Shown here piece by piece: positions 26,268-35,514 of a stretch of DNA of 64,000 nucleotides. Below the pieces are notes generated by a model. That model was not told where the DNA came from. It worked only from the letters and a program-made list of their open reading frames with translations, and made no database searches. Where the stretch lies: positions 1 through 64,000 of the IMG/VR virus record IMGVR_UViG_3300042544_000912. One strand, given 5' to 3'. The stretch is from a virus. How positions within the stretch are numbered: position 1 is the stretch's first letter; each line of letters starts with the position of its first letter. Position numbers and translations under genes: made by a program.

Positions 26268-26813
26268 ATGGGTAAGAGAAGCAACTTTGAACATCGTAAG
26301 AATGATTTCTATCCGACTCCGTTGGATGCAGTAAAGCCTCTCTTACCCTTTCTTCCATCGGAGTTTACCTTCGCTGAGCCTTGCGCTGGCGACGGTAGAC
26401 TCTGTAGGCATATCGATACACTAACTGATAGTAATGCAGTAGCTACTTTGGTTTCCGATCTTGAACCTAAAGACCCTTCTATTGAAAAATATGATGCATT
26501 AACTGTTGACATTCCCGCTAATACAGAGTATATTATAACTAATCCGCCATGGTCTAGATGGATACTACATCCATTGATTGATAGGTTTGCTAGTATTCGC
26601 CCAACTTGGCTTCTCTTTGACGCCGACTGGATGCATACAAAACAAGCGATACCCTATCTACAGTATTGTAGTAAAATTGTGGCCATTGGCAGAGTGAAGT
26701 GGATTGAAGATAGTAAGTTTACTGGCAAGGATAATGCTTGCTGGTATCTTTTTGATAAAAATGAAATGAGTGGAACACAATTTTATGGTCGAGGATTTTC
26801 AAGTGGTAGATGA
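26268..26813 (+). CDS. small amino-DNA methyltransferase (N6-adenine type)
   Basis: DFYPTP, EPCAGDG SAM-binding motif, IITNPPW catalytic motif. Confidence 0.8.
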   Translation: MGKRSNFEHRKNDFYPTPLDAVKPLLPFLPSEFTFAEPCAGDGRLCRHIDTLTDSNAVATLVSDLEPKDPSIEKYDALTVDIPANTEYIITNPPWSRWILHPLIDRFASIRPTWLLFDADWMHTKQAIPYLQYCSKIVAIGRVKWIEDSKFTGKDNACWYLFDKNEMSGTQFYGRGFSSGR

Positions 26814-27060
26814 AATCAGCAACGAATTTCTGATTACGAAGAAGTTTAAAACTTCTACAGAGTTTTCTCAATTTATTGAGAAGCAAGCCTCATCGACAGG
26901 TCTACAGTGTATGGACTTGTTAGTTGATTATTGCGTGAAGAATGAGATTGAAATGGAATCAGTATCGGTTCTGTTGACTACTTCACTCAAGGAAAAGATC
27001 CGCGCGGAAGCGGAAGAACTAAATATGTTGAAGCGCAAGGATGGAAAGCTCCCCTTCTAA
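26788..27060 (+). CDS. gp33: late promoter transcription co-activator gp33
   Basis: FSQFIEK..MDLLVDYCVKNEIE..LKEKIRAEAEELNML..KLPF; position before gp59; start uncertain. Confidence 0.8.
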   Translation, partial: VEDFQVVDEISNEFLITKKFKTSTEFSQFIEKQASSTGLQCMDLLVDYCVKNEIEMESVSVLLTTSLKEKIRAEAEELNMLKRKDGKLPF

Positions 27061-27650
27061 TGGACTCTTTCGAAGTTTATCGTGTCTACATGTCACTCAA
27101 ACTTCATTTTACTTCCGATGATTACGACATCACAAAAACAAAATCTGGCGTTAGATGTAAACGTGAAACATTCCTTAAGCGTAAGGATGTTCTATTGTTT
27201 CGTAAGTTAGCCAAACGATTTAGTTTTACTGAAATGGTGGACTATTTCGTAGCCAACTTTGTCAATGGACATAATGGTCTATTTGATGCCGAAAGTGATA
27301 ATGTATATCGGGACTGGAAGTCTAGAAAAGAGAAGCTGACATATCTGTTCACGCAAGATATCTCTACACTTATGTTAGAGGCTGAAAAAGCAAACGTTGA
27401 CCCATTGATTAGTGACGGTCAACATCCCCTAGCATTAAAACTATATCTTGGTAAAAAAATTAGTCTTGAAACTCTAGTTATTCTTGACAAATTATTTAAT
27501 TTCGTGTATAGTAACAATACTACGTTAGCAAACGATTTTATATGGAAAGATGTATCCCGTTTGATAACAAAGTACCGTGTCTTTGTCAAATTTGATAAAG
27601 ACAAATTCTCTCAACTATGGATCAAGGAGAAAGGCCAAGTGGTCTGTTAA
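27060..27650 (+). CDS. gp59: helicase loader gp59
   Basis: YRVYMSLKLHFT..YD, FLKRKD..FRKLA, ISLETLVILD. Confidence 0.85.
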   Translation: MDSFEVYRVYMSLKLHFTSDDYDITKTKSGVRCKRETFLKRKDVLLFRKLAKRFSFTEMVDYFVANFVNGHNGLFDAESDNVYRDWKSRKEKLTYLFTQDISTLMLEAEKANVDPLISDGQHPLALKLYLGKKISLETLVILDKLFNFVYSNNTTLANDFIWKDVSRLITKYRVFVKFDKDKFSQLWIKEKGQVVC

Positions 27651-27818
27651 ATGAGTCATTCTAAGCGTAGAGACTTCGATTATGAACCTCGTGTCAAAGA
27701 AGTTCGTAAAGGTGTTGATAAATCTAATAAACACCGTAAAAACCTGTATAAATACTCTGGTAGTCAAGAAGAAGATTTCGATGACTACGATGATTATGAT
27801 ACACAACGCAAATATTAA
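27651..27818 (+). CDS. 55-aa charged hypothetical protein (not in the ORF track)
   Basis: MSHSKRRDFDY...EEDFDDYDDYDTQRKY*; fills the gp59-gp32 gap exactly. Confidence 0.55.
   Translation: MSHSKRRDFDYEPRVKEVRKGVDKSNKHRKNLYKYSGSQEEDFDDYDDYDTQRKY
27747..27754 (+). promoter_or_regulatory. T4-type late promoter upstream of gp32
   Basis: TATAAATA about 105 nt before the gp32 start. Confidence 0.6.
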
Positions 27819-27842
27819 CGCAATACAACGCAATACAACGCA
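27805..27842 (+). repeat. AACGCA repeats in the gp32 leader
   Basis: AACGCA at 27805, 27817, 27827 and 27837 (unit mostly AACGCAATAC). Confidence 0.8.
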
Positions 27843-27859
27843 AAATAAGGAATACAAAT

Positions 27860-28777
27860 ATGTCTTTTAATTCTCTATCGGAACTCCGTAAGAACCGTGG
27901 CAACTTCGACTCGCTCATGAAGGAAGTCGAAAAGATTGCAAATCCCACAAACGAAAAGCGCGGCGATGATGACCGCTTCTGGAAGCCTTCTGTAGATAAG
28001 GCTGGCAATGGCCAGGCTGTTCTTCGTTTTCTTCCTGCACCTCCAGGTGAAGAACTTCCTTGGGTTCGTGTGTATGATCATGGCTTCCAAGGCCCGACCG
28101 GAAAGTGGTACATCGAAAACTCGTTGACTACTATTAACAAGCCAGACCCTCTTGGTGAACTCAATTCAGAACTCTGGAATTCGGGTATCGAAGCCAACAA
28201 GGAAATCGCTCGTAAACAGAAGCGCCGCTTGTCCTATATCTCTAACGTTCTTGTTGTTCGTGACCCTTCGAACCCTGAGAACGAAGGTAAGGTCTTCCTC
28301 TATAAGTATGGTAAGAAGATTTTTGACAAGATCAAGGACGTAATGCAGCCTACCTTTGAAGATGAGAAGCCGGTTAATCCGTTCGATCTTTGGGAAGGTG
28401 CTAACTTCAAGCTCCGTATTCGTCAGGTAGAAGGCTATCGTAACTACGATAAGTCAGAATTTGATGGTAATACACCTCTTGATGAAAATGAAGATAAGCT
28501 AGAAGCAATCTGGAAAGAAACGCATTCACTTGCTGCTTTCCTCGACCCTTCGAACTTCAAGTCTTATGATGAACTCAAGGCCAAGCTGAATACTGTTCTC
28601 GGTGCAGGTACCCGTGTGCCTACCGCTGAGAAGGTAAATCCGCTTGATGCAGAAGATGAACTTTTCGTTGAAACCAAGATGAAGACGGCTGCTAAGGCAA
28701 CCGAAGATACTCCGCCTTGGAGTGACGATACTGCCGATGATAATATGAGTTACTTCGCAAGTCTTGCGGATGACTAA
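27860..28777 (+). CDS. gp32: single-stranded DNA-binding protein gp32
   Basis: DDRFWKP..GNGQAVLRFLPAP, HGFQGPTGKWYIENS, YGKKIFDKI, NPFDLWEGANFKLRIR, YRNYDKSEF; acidic tail. Confidence 0.96.
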   Translation: MSFNSLSELRKNRGNFDSLMKEVEKIANPTNEKRGDDDRFWKPSVDKAGNGQAVLRFLPAPPGEELPWVRVYDHGFQGPTGKWYIENSLTTINKPDPLGELNSELWNSGIEANKEIARKQKRRLSYISNVLVVRDPSNPENEGKVFLYKYGKKIFDKIKDVMQPTFEDEKPVNPFDLWEGANFKLRIRQVEGYRNYDKSEFDGNTPLDENEDKLEAIWKETHSLAAFLDPSNFKSYDELKAKLNTVLGAGTRVPTAEKVNPLDAEDELFVETKMKTAAKATEDTPPWSDDTADDNMSYFASLADD

Positions 28778-28782
28778 AAGAG

Positions 28783-28810
28783 AAAGGGGCGCTTAGAGCG
28801 CCCCTTTTTT
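28783..28810. terminator. bidirectional intrinsic terminator
   Basis: AAAGGGGCGC-TTAGA-GCGCCCCTTTTTT between convergent genes. Confidence 0.85.
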
Positions 28811-31133
28811 ATGCCATTGCTCGTTTTAGAGCAAATCTCATCCAACTACTTTCATCGTCTCTAACATAAGATTTGGTATTTGGTACAGTGGTGCTTTCTG
28901 GTTTGGCACCACCTCCTCCACCCTGATTAATAATAGTAGGGGGCGGAACATTTACTTTCATCTGGTCTTTGGCTTTTTCTGTTCCTTGCTCTAAGATGCC
29001 ACTATCAGGATTTTGACCAGACTCCACTTTCTTCTCATCGCCACCCGACATCCAATCCCATGCTTTAGATGCACCTACTGCGGCTAGACCCACACCACCT
29101 AAACCGGCTGCGGCCATCAATGGATTCTTCTTTACAAATCCTGCAGCGCGGCTGAATATGCCGCCACCTGGCTTACCTTGAACGGCAGCTGGTTTAGACT
29201 GCGATGTCGCTTTTGGTGCTTGCGCGGCTTCTGCGGCACGTGTTTCTGGTGTGCCACCTAAGGCTCCCATATCTCTAGCAGCCAGTGCAGCATCTAATCC
29301 AACAGAAGCGGCTGTTCCCACGCCAGGAATAGTTCCCGCTGCACCCGATGCCAATTCTAGACCTGCACCTGTCCAGTCACCAGCCATTGCTCTCTGTGCA
29401 GCAAATACCCCACCAGCAACAAGACCAACTCCTGGTATTTTCTTTAATAGTGATTTACCAACTGCTTTTGCGCCAACTTTAGCTACACCCTTAGACGCAA
29501 CTTTTTCTCCGGCTTTAACTGCACCCTTTTGACCCGCTTTAGTAGCAGCCTTTTCACCCGCTTTAGTAGCAGCCTTTTCACCCGCTTTAGCTGCACCCTT
29601 CTCGGCCGCTTTAGCTTCATTTTTAGCACCTGAACCACCTGCGTCTACTAGGTCAGTAGCGGTCATCGCAGCATTTGTGGATATATTCGCAGACGAACTT
29701 TCCGTGTCATCACTTGCAACCATTGCTCCTAGACCAATAGCACCCGCGCCAGCCGCTAATGCACCTAATATGCCTCTTCCTTTACCCGGTTTTCTGCCAG
29801 CAGGAAGGTCTGGTGTTCTTTTTACAAATCTACCCTTAGCGTCTCTTGGCTGACTTCTAGCTCTATCCGATTTACTTTGTTTGCGATTATCAGGAGCATC
29901 TAAACTGCCGCCGCGTTTTCTACTCGGTAAATCGATATCGATGCTTGGCAATCCACCGCTATCTCCGCCACCGGATTCTCCTCCGATATTATCTATGGAG
30001 TCTGCAATTTTTTGCATACTCTTATTGATAGCATCGATAAGTTCTAATGTCTGTTTCGATGTATCAGATATGCCCTTTATAACTTCCGTCTGCTCTTCAA
30101 TCGCATCAACTACAGGACTGTCTGCTAGTCCAGCGGAAACTTCTTGCATATCGCTACCAGTATCTGTTACTGGTGAAGCTATTTCAGCCGCCGCTGGTTT
30201 GTCAGGAACAATAGCGGTCTTGTTGTTTCTATCATCGTAATCTTTTTCTATCTCAGCATTGATATCTTTCAACGATACTGGCTTACCAGCTTTACGATAT
30301 GAAATATCTTTTTCGGAAGCGGGTGCAATACCTTTTTGCGCCAACATCTTTTTCTGATCTTCTGTCAGGTCGACCATTTTTTCTGCTTCTGGTGCCCAAC
30401 CCTGCTTCTCTCGTTCGGCACTTCTTTTAGCTTTATCAGATGTAAATATTTGGTCTCGGAAACTACCTTCTTTACCTTTTAATACACCCTTAGCGAATTC
30501 TTTCATTGCGCCTTTTGCGCCTTGACGAAGCGCGGTACCAAATGCTCTTACTCCGGTCTTCTTTGTATCTATAGGTTCTTTATTTCCTAGAGCGCGACTA
30601 AATCTATTAGCAAAAGTATCTTTATCACCACGAAGATCCATTTTATTGACACGGAAATGTTCGTCCTTGGCCGCCTTAGCAGTATCTCCAAATCTTTTGG
30701 CACCGTCAACATTGCCAGATTTTTCTGCTAATGCTTGACCCTTCTTTGCTAGGTCAACAACCTCTTTGATACCCTTATTGAATCCTTCTAGATTCTTTTC
30801 AGTTAGTTTACCAATTTCGGTAACTAAGTCTGTCATCATTTTGTGTTCGGCTTCGCTAAACTTTTCTAAGTCTTTACTTAGATTGTCTGTTGCTGCCGAA
30901 AGTATCTTACCTGCGCTCTCGCCGTCTACTCGCGTGATTGATAGCGGACTTGTTGAATCTTTAATCTTGTTTAACTGCGGTTCTTTTCCTTTACCCGCGC
31001 CAGTTGAACTTAGTAACTTCTTGATATCACGCCCAAGTTGGGTCATTTCGTCCAGACGTTCGACAACAGGATCTGGCCCGTTATTTGGGGCAGTCTGCAA
31101 TCTATCTGATAGTCCTTGTAAGTTACTGGCCAT
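28809..31133 (-). CDS. tail tape-measure/baseplate hub protein (gp29-like)
   Basis: 774 aa, helical and Ala/Gly-rich; LLKKIPGVGL..AGDWTGAGLELASG motif; 24-nt tandem repeat at 29533-29580 (KAGEKAAT); directly after gp26/gp51. Confidence 0.6.
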   Translation of the reverse strand: MASNLQGLSDRLQTAPNNGPDPVVERLDEMTQLGRDIKKLLSSTGAGKGKEPQLNKIKDSTSPLSITRVDGESAGKILSAATDNLSKDLEKFSEAEHKMMTDLVTEIGKLTEKNLEGFNKGIKEVVDLAKKGQALAEKSGNVDGAKRFGDTAKAAKDEHFRVNKMDLRGDKDTFANRFSRALGNKEPIDTKKTGVRAFGTALRQGAKGAMKEFAKGVLKGKEGSFRDQIFTSDKAKRSAEREKQGWAPEAEKMVDLTEDQKKMLAQKGIAPASEKDISYRKAGKPVSLKDINAEIEKDYDDRNNKTAIVPDKPAAAEIASPVTDTGSDMQEVSAGLADSPVVDAIEEQTEVIKGISDTSKQTLELIDAINKSMQKIADSIDNIGGESGGGDSGGLPSIDIDLPSRKRGGSLDAPDNRKQSKSDRARSQPRDAKGRFVKRTPDLPAGRKPGKGRGILGALAAGAGAIGLGAMVASDDTESSSANISTNAAMTATDLVDAGGSGAKNEAKAAEKGAAKAGEKAATKAGEKAATKAGQKGAVKAGEKVASKGVAKVGAKAVGKSLLKKIPGVGLVAGGVFAAQRAMAGDWTGAGLELASGAAGTIPGVGTAASVGLDAALAARDMGALGGTPETRAAEAAQAPKATSQSKPAAVQGKPGGGIFSRAAGFVKKNPLMAAAGLGGVGLAAVGASKAWDWMSGGDEKKVESGQNPDSGILEQGTEKAKDQMKVNVPPPTIINQGGGGGAKPESTTVPNTKSYVRDDESSWMRFALKRAMA

Positions 31134-31136
31134 TTC

Positions 31137-31292
31137 TTAATAATCCTGTTGATTTCTCTCTGCTTTTTTCTTTAAATGTGTCATCAACAAACCGATGTAA
31201 ACTTCCCTTTCCCATGGCATCATATTTTCAAGCTCGGACAAACTGTATTTGTGTTCTTGCATTAAGATAAAGTTTGTCTTATAATGATTCAT
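31137..31292 (-). CDS. gp51: baseplate hub assembly chaperone gp51-like
   Basis: NHYKTNFILMQEHKYSLSELENMMPWEREVY; no SD before ATG 31292. Confidence 0.8.
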   Translation of the reverse strand: MNHYKTNFILMQEHKYSLSELENMMPWEREVYIGLLMTHLKKKAERNQQDY

Positions 31293-31312
31293 CAAATTAT
31301 CATGAGAAAGGG

Positions 31313-31999
31313 TTATTCGAAAAAATTTTCTACACCGTCGATCAAAACTGTATTTTCTGTGCCACATTTTGCACATGCATAATCAATTGTCTTTTCGAGT
31401 CTAGGTGAAGTCTGAAAAAATTCCACAATCTTTTCAAACTGCTGGGTCGAAAGACTGTTAACAAACTTTTCTACTTCTTCTTTACCCTCATCTTCTGCGC
31501 TGTATATTTCATCTTGGTCAAAAATTTTATCTACGCATGATACCACCAGATCGAAAGCAGGTGTCTCATCGTCTACCAGAATTTCTGCTTTAGGATATTT
31601 CATAAACACACCGACATTATCAGACAACATAATCTTATTCGTATGATTGTCTTGATGCTCTACGGTAAGCGTGTCTAGGTCCAATGTCGTTTCTGTCTTA
31701 TGTCCGCATTCGCCGCAAATCAGAATAAAGTCTGTCATACTACCGATAGACTGCGAACGCAAACGAATGAACGCATTCTGTAGGTCGAAGAACGGTAAAT
31801 CTTTGCCTTCAATTACACCATTTGAACATGTGGTAACAATATCTTGCATCGCTTTGATCATTTCTTTTGGGTCGTTAGATTCTTGAGCCAAAATAAGAAT
31901 CTTTTCTTCCTTCACAAGAAACGGACGAAATTCAACTTCACTGGATAATGAATGCAACTTCACTTTGAAAGTTGGAGTATTCATAGTTGGTAATGGCAT
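31313..31999 (-). CDS. gp26: baseplate hub subunit/chaperone gp26-like
   Basis: FRPFLVKEEKIL, FIRLRSQSIG, CGECG and CAKCG pairs, MKYP, FFQTSPRL. Confidence 0.85.
   Translation of the reverse strand: MPLPTMNTPTFKVKLHSLSSEVEFRPFLVKEEKILILAQESNDPKEMIKAMQDIVTTCSNGVIEGKDLPFFDLQNAFIRLRSQSIGSMTDFILICGECGHKTETTLDLDTLTVEHQDNHTNKIMLSDNVGVFMKYPKAEILVDDETPAFDLVVSCVDKIFDQDEIYSAEDEGKEEVEKFVNSLSTQQFEKIVEFFQTSPRLEKTIDYACAKCGTENTVLIDGVENFFE
31319..31328 (-). promoter_or_regulatory. candidate -1 ribosomal frameshift site (gp26 to gp51)
   Basis: Minus strand GAA AAT TTT TTC GAA TAA contains in-frame A_AAT_TTT and T_TTT_TTC; the -1 frame reads FRITLSHDNL into gp51. Confidence 0.55.
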
Positions 32000-32017
32000 A
32001 ATTTAGTCCTTCATTAA

Positions 32018-32614
32018 TTAAACTGGTATTACAAACCATCTTTTGTAAGTAAATGTTACGGGTAATCTAATAGGTTGTGTGTTGCTATTAGACATTTGAA
32101 TTGGTGCAATTGATCTAGGAAATACATCTTCTAATTCCCATTTAGCAACTACTTCATCTTTATTATTTAATGCAGTTACTATCATACCACCATAGTATTT
32201 GTTTGGAAAAGCAATTTCTCTAGTTCTATTATTAATAATTCCGCGCATCCAATCGCCGAAAAAGTCTTTTGCTGCCCAAGTAACATCAACTAAAAACGTA
32301 AGCGTAATTGAGTCTCCGCCAAAATCAATCGCTGTCGCACGTTGCTCGTTTAAGTTGTTAGCTCTAAACGGTTTTGTGCCGAGAAGTATTCCTGGAACCA
32401 TGGCATCTTCGACAAAAAGAGATAGATGTTCTGCCGAACGACCAGCAGATGTCAAGTGTGTTGCCATCGCTTGACCGCCCGATACTCTTTTACCATCTTC
32501 TCCCATTAGATTTGCAGGAGGAATTATCTGCACCTCGAATCTATGAGAACGAGCAAAATCTCTCTTTCTGGATTCGGCGCGAAAAGTTGCCAAGCTATTA
32601 TGTGCTTGTTCCAT
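32018..32614 (-). CDS. tail tube initiator (gp54/gp19 fold)
   Basis: ARSHRFEVQIIPP, ITLTFLVD, LEDVFPRSI, LPVTFTYKRW. Confidence 0.7.
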   Translation of the reverse strand: MEQAHNSLATFRAESRKRDFARSHRFEVQIIPPANLMGEDGKRVSGGQAMATHLTSAGRSAEHLSLFVEDAMVPGILLGTKPFRANNLNEQRATAIDFGGDSITLTFLVDVTWAAKDFFGDWMRGIINNRTREIAFPNKYYGGMIVTALNNKDEVVAKWELEDVFPRSIAPIQMSNSNTQPIRLPVTFTYKRWFVIPV

Positions 32615-33192
32615 TAAATCTTGCTCCTAGTATCTCTGAAAACAGTTTCTTTTGTTGCGCCAACAAATGCTTCAACTGGCAAGAATATTGCTGCCTTCCA
32701 ATCTGCAGGATTGATTTTCATGAATTGTGATTTTACATGTGTTGTCAAATAGTGCTTGATGCACGGTTTAATTTCGGGTGCAGTCTGCAAACTGTTCAAT
32801 AGATTATATGACAGTCGCATTTTGCTATTGGGTGTAAGCGTTTTGGAATCCGCAAAGTTCATTAATTCACCCAAAACTTTTGCTCTTAGCATGTAAGGTA
32901 AATAGTGAACGTTGATTCCGTAGAATCCGCCTTTGGCTGGACCGAACGGTAATACTAAAGGAAAGGTATCGTAAAACGGAAGTTCGTTTTTAAACTTCGG
33001 GTCGTAGAAATACATATACATCGCGCCAATCTCTACCTTACTGGTAAGACTGCCGATATCAGATTTCAGAACGGTGTTTCCAGAAACTCTTGCGCCCACT
33101 AGACTTTTAACGTTGCGCATATACCATTCAATGGACTTCTGTCCATCTCCTATCTGCGCACGAAGTTTCTGAAAGGCGTTATTTGATGCCAT
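32614..33192 (-). CDS. gp2: DNA end protector protein gp2
   Basis: MYFYDPKFK..LPFYDTFPLVLPF, GINVHYLP, CIKHYL..HVKS. Confidence 0.9.
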   Translation of the reverse strand: MASNNAFQKLRAQIGDGQKSIEWYMRNVKSLVGARVSGNTVLKSDIGSLTSKVEIGAMYMYFYDPKFKNELPFYDTFPLVLPFGPAKGGFYGINVHYLPYMLRAKVLGELMNFADSKTLTPNSKMRLSYNLLNSLQTAPEIKPCIKHYLTTHVKSQFMKINPADWKAAIFLPVEAFVGATKETVFRDTRSKI

Positions 33193-33314
33193 TAACGGCC
33201 CTGACCTCTATACTTCTTAAAATTGCGGCGCTTATGCTTATTCATGGTGCTCATTTTCACCCCTTTGCGGCGAGGCGCAAATACTGTCTTTGAATTTCCT
33301 GATGCTTTAGCCAT
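33192..33314 (-). CDS. 40-aa basic peptide (not in the ORF track)
   Basis: MAKASGNSKTVFAPRRKGVKMSTMNKHKRRNFKKYRGQGR*; AAGGAG RBS, CATAAATA upstream, TAATG coupling to gp2. Confidence 0.7.
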   Translation of the reverse strand: MAKASGNSKTVFAPRRKGVKMSTMNKHKRRNFKKYRGQGR

Positions 33315-33337
33315 TGTATAATCTCCTTAGTCTATAT

Positions 33338-33793
33338 TTATGCTTTAATTCCAAGTTCTTTTTCAGTTAATATCATAAATTCCCAGCCATTGTCTTTGCA
33401 GAATTCAGTTGCATACTTCCACTTGGCTTGATTTACTCCCCACGCAATAACTTCATTGAGAAATTGTTTTGTCTTTCTTTTAGGAATTTTGGGTTCTCTA
33501 ACGAACTTGGCTGGTTTAATTTCAATCAAGTATTTTTTTACTTGACCACTGCTTTCTTGAACTTTCATATAAAAGTCCACAAAGTATCGGTGAACTCTAT
33601 TGTCTTTAGGTGAAATATAAGGAATAGCCAGCTCTTCTGATCCCCATTCCAATATGTTTGGATTACTATCGCACCATTTCATAAACTTCAATTCCCAACT
33701 AGAACGATATACAATATTGTTGGGATTCCCAATATACTTTTTAGGATTTTGTATTTTATAGAGACCCTTCATAGTCTCCTTTGTATAGGTCAT
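33338..33793 (-). CDS. gp4: head completion nuclease gp4
   Basis: NPKKYIGNPNNIVYRSSWELKFMKWCD, HRYFVDF, IEIKP, VNQAKWKYA. Confidence 0.92.
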   Translation of the reverse strand: MTYTKETMKGLYKIQNPKKYIGNPNNIVYRSSWELKFMKWCDSNPNILEWGSEELAIPYISPKDNRVHRYFVDFYMKVQESSGQVKKYLIEIKPAKFVREPKIPKRKTKQFLNEVIAWGVNQAKWKYATEFCKDNGWEFMILTEKELGIKA

Positions 33794-33800
33794 ATAAATA
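33793..33800 (+). promoter_or_regulatory. T4-type late promoter
   Basis: TATAAATA about 35 nt before the gp48 start. Confidence 0.65.
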
Positions 33801-33835
33801 GTCCAAACTGTAAACTCAATAGGATATTTATCTTC

Positions 33836-35014
33836 ATGGCTGATGCCCCACCACAAAAAAGAGATGCGGCCGCGGTGCAGGCCACACCTGAAGTTCCAAA
33901 TAGAAGATTCAATAGAGATACTTTCAATCAGGGTGAGATGGTAAATCCCTTCAATAAGGGAAGCATTTATGCATCAACAGATAATCTAAAATACCCAGAA
34001 GGATTGAATGCACCCGATAGTGAATACACGCATTGGATTGCATTTTATCCTCTAGTTAGAGAAGGCACAACGGCAGCCGCTGCATTGAACGGAAGAGGCG
34101 CTGTATTTGAAACTTCTGGTCAACAAAGAGTAGATGCAGAACATGCCACTGCGGCAGGCGCGGCACAAGGCGCAGTTTTGGGCGCACAAACAGGCGGAGT
34201 TGCTGGTATTGCGGGTATGAAAGATGCCATGGGTGGCACTGGTGGTCTGTCTAGTTTCTTTAGAGCGGCTGGGGTAGCCGTCGCAAAAACTGTAGGCGGT
34301 GCAGTCATTGGGGGAGCAGGTGGCGCGGCATTGAATGCAATCGGTGCAAGAAGGCTGATTATGGGAGCTAAAGCCGTCGTCTTGGGCATTCAAGATAAAT
34401 TGAGCTACGGGTATGCTGCAAACTATGATGTTGCTGATTTGGGTGGTATTGTTGGCGCTGCGGCGACTGGAAACTTTAGCGGCGAAGCAAGTTTAGGTGA
34501 AGCCGCTTATGATACGGGTGCCCTAGCTGCCAGAAAGTTGGCTAAACTTGCTGGTGCCATCGGTGGTAATTCGGTAACAAATCTAAAAGAAGCTACATCG
34601 AAAGCAGTTGAAAACCCATACAAAGAACAGCTATTCAAGAATATGGGATTCAGAAAGTTTGGATTCGAATATAAGTTTGCGCCGAGATCATTGGAAGAGG
34701 GCAACAAGATTTTTGGAAAAAACGGAATCATCGAAACATTTATCAATCATATGCATCCAGAGCCAAGTGCCGCGGGCGTATTTTTGATTTATCCTTCCGA
34801 ATTTCTGATCGTGATTTATCACAATTCTGGTAAAGAAAATAAATATGTCCGCAAAATCTCTAACTGTGCGCTTACTGGTTTCAATATTGATTACGGCGCA
34901 GAAGGCTTTACTACTTTCCAGGGTACACAGGGTATGCCTACCGAAGCTACTATCAGACTAGAGTTTACAGAACTTGAAACCTTGACAAGTAAGAGAACAA
35001 AGTTAGGATATTAA
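33836..35014 (+). CDS. gp48: baseplate tail tube cap gp48-like
   Basis: NPYKEQLFKNMGFRKFGFEYKFAPRS, YPSEF, LEFTELE. Confidence 0.8.
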   Translation: MADAPPQKRDAAAVQATPEVPNRRFNRDTFNQGEMVNPFNKGSIYASTDNLKYPEGLNAPDSEYTHWIAFYPLVREGTTAAAALNGRGAVFETSGQQRVDAEHATAAGAAQGAVLGAQTGGVAGIAGMKDAMGGTGGLSSFFRAAGVAVAKTVGGAVIGGAGGAALNAIGARRLIMGAKAVVLGIQDKLSYGYAANYDVADLGGIVGAAATGNFSGEASLGEAAYDTGALAARKLAKLAGAIGGNSVTNLKEATSKAVENPYKEQLFKNMGFRKFGFEYKFAPRSLEEGNKIFGKNGIIETFINHMHPEPSAAGVFLIYPSEFLIVIYHNSGKENKYVRKISNCALTGFNIDYGAEGFTTFQGTQGMPTEATIRLEFTELETLTSKRTKLGY

Positions 35015-35016
35015 TA

Positions 35017-35508
35017 GTGTCGTATTTTAGTAATTTTCCATCAGGTATGCTTAAAATTGGAAACGAGTATAAGTATGTCACTGATATTTTCCGAAGAGTA
35101 TATACCAAAACTCCTTCCGTGAACTACTCGGAGATTGAGACTGTTACTGTTCCAGACGGTTACACAATAGAACAAGCAAGCGATCTATATTACGGTGAAG
35201 CAACATACCACTGGGTAATTGCTATTATCAATAATTATGTGGATATCAGAGAAGAATGGCCAAAGTCTAATGCCGACCTATTAGAATATTGTAAACTAAA
35301 ATATGGCGGACTGGAAGAAATTTATCAAGTGCATCACTATGAGGCTGACGGTCTAATTGTGCAATCTTCGTATGTGGGAACGAAAACAGAAGTTACTAAT
35401 ATGCAGTATGAAGAAAAACTGAATGATGTTAAACGAGAGATTAAAATATTGCGCCCAGAATATTTAACATATTTTGTAAACAAATTCCAGACACTAATTT
35501 CAAGGTAA
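35017..35508 (+). CDS. gp53: baseplate wedge gp53-like
   Basis: YFSNFP, LYYGEATYHWVI, EWPKS, HHYE, NDVKREIKILRPEY. Confidence 0.85.
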   Translation: MSYFSNFPSGMLKIGNEYKYVTDIFRRVYTKTPSVNYSEIETVTVPDGYTIEQASDLYYGEATYHWVIAIINNYVDIREEWPKSNADLLEYCKLKYGGLEEIYQVHHYEADGLIVQSSYVGTKTEVTNMQYEEKLNDVKREIKILRPEYLTYFVNKFQTLISR

Positions 35509-35514
35509 AATATT

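Noticed and set aside
27805-27842. Short direct repeats as a mini-CRISPR
   Set aside because: Repeats of 6-10 nt with no unique spacers and no cas genes
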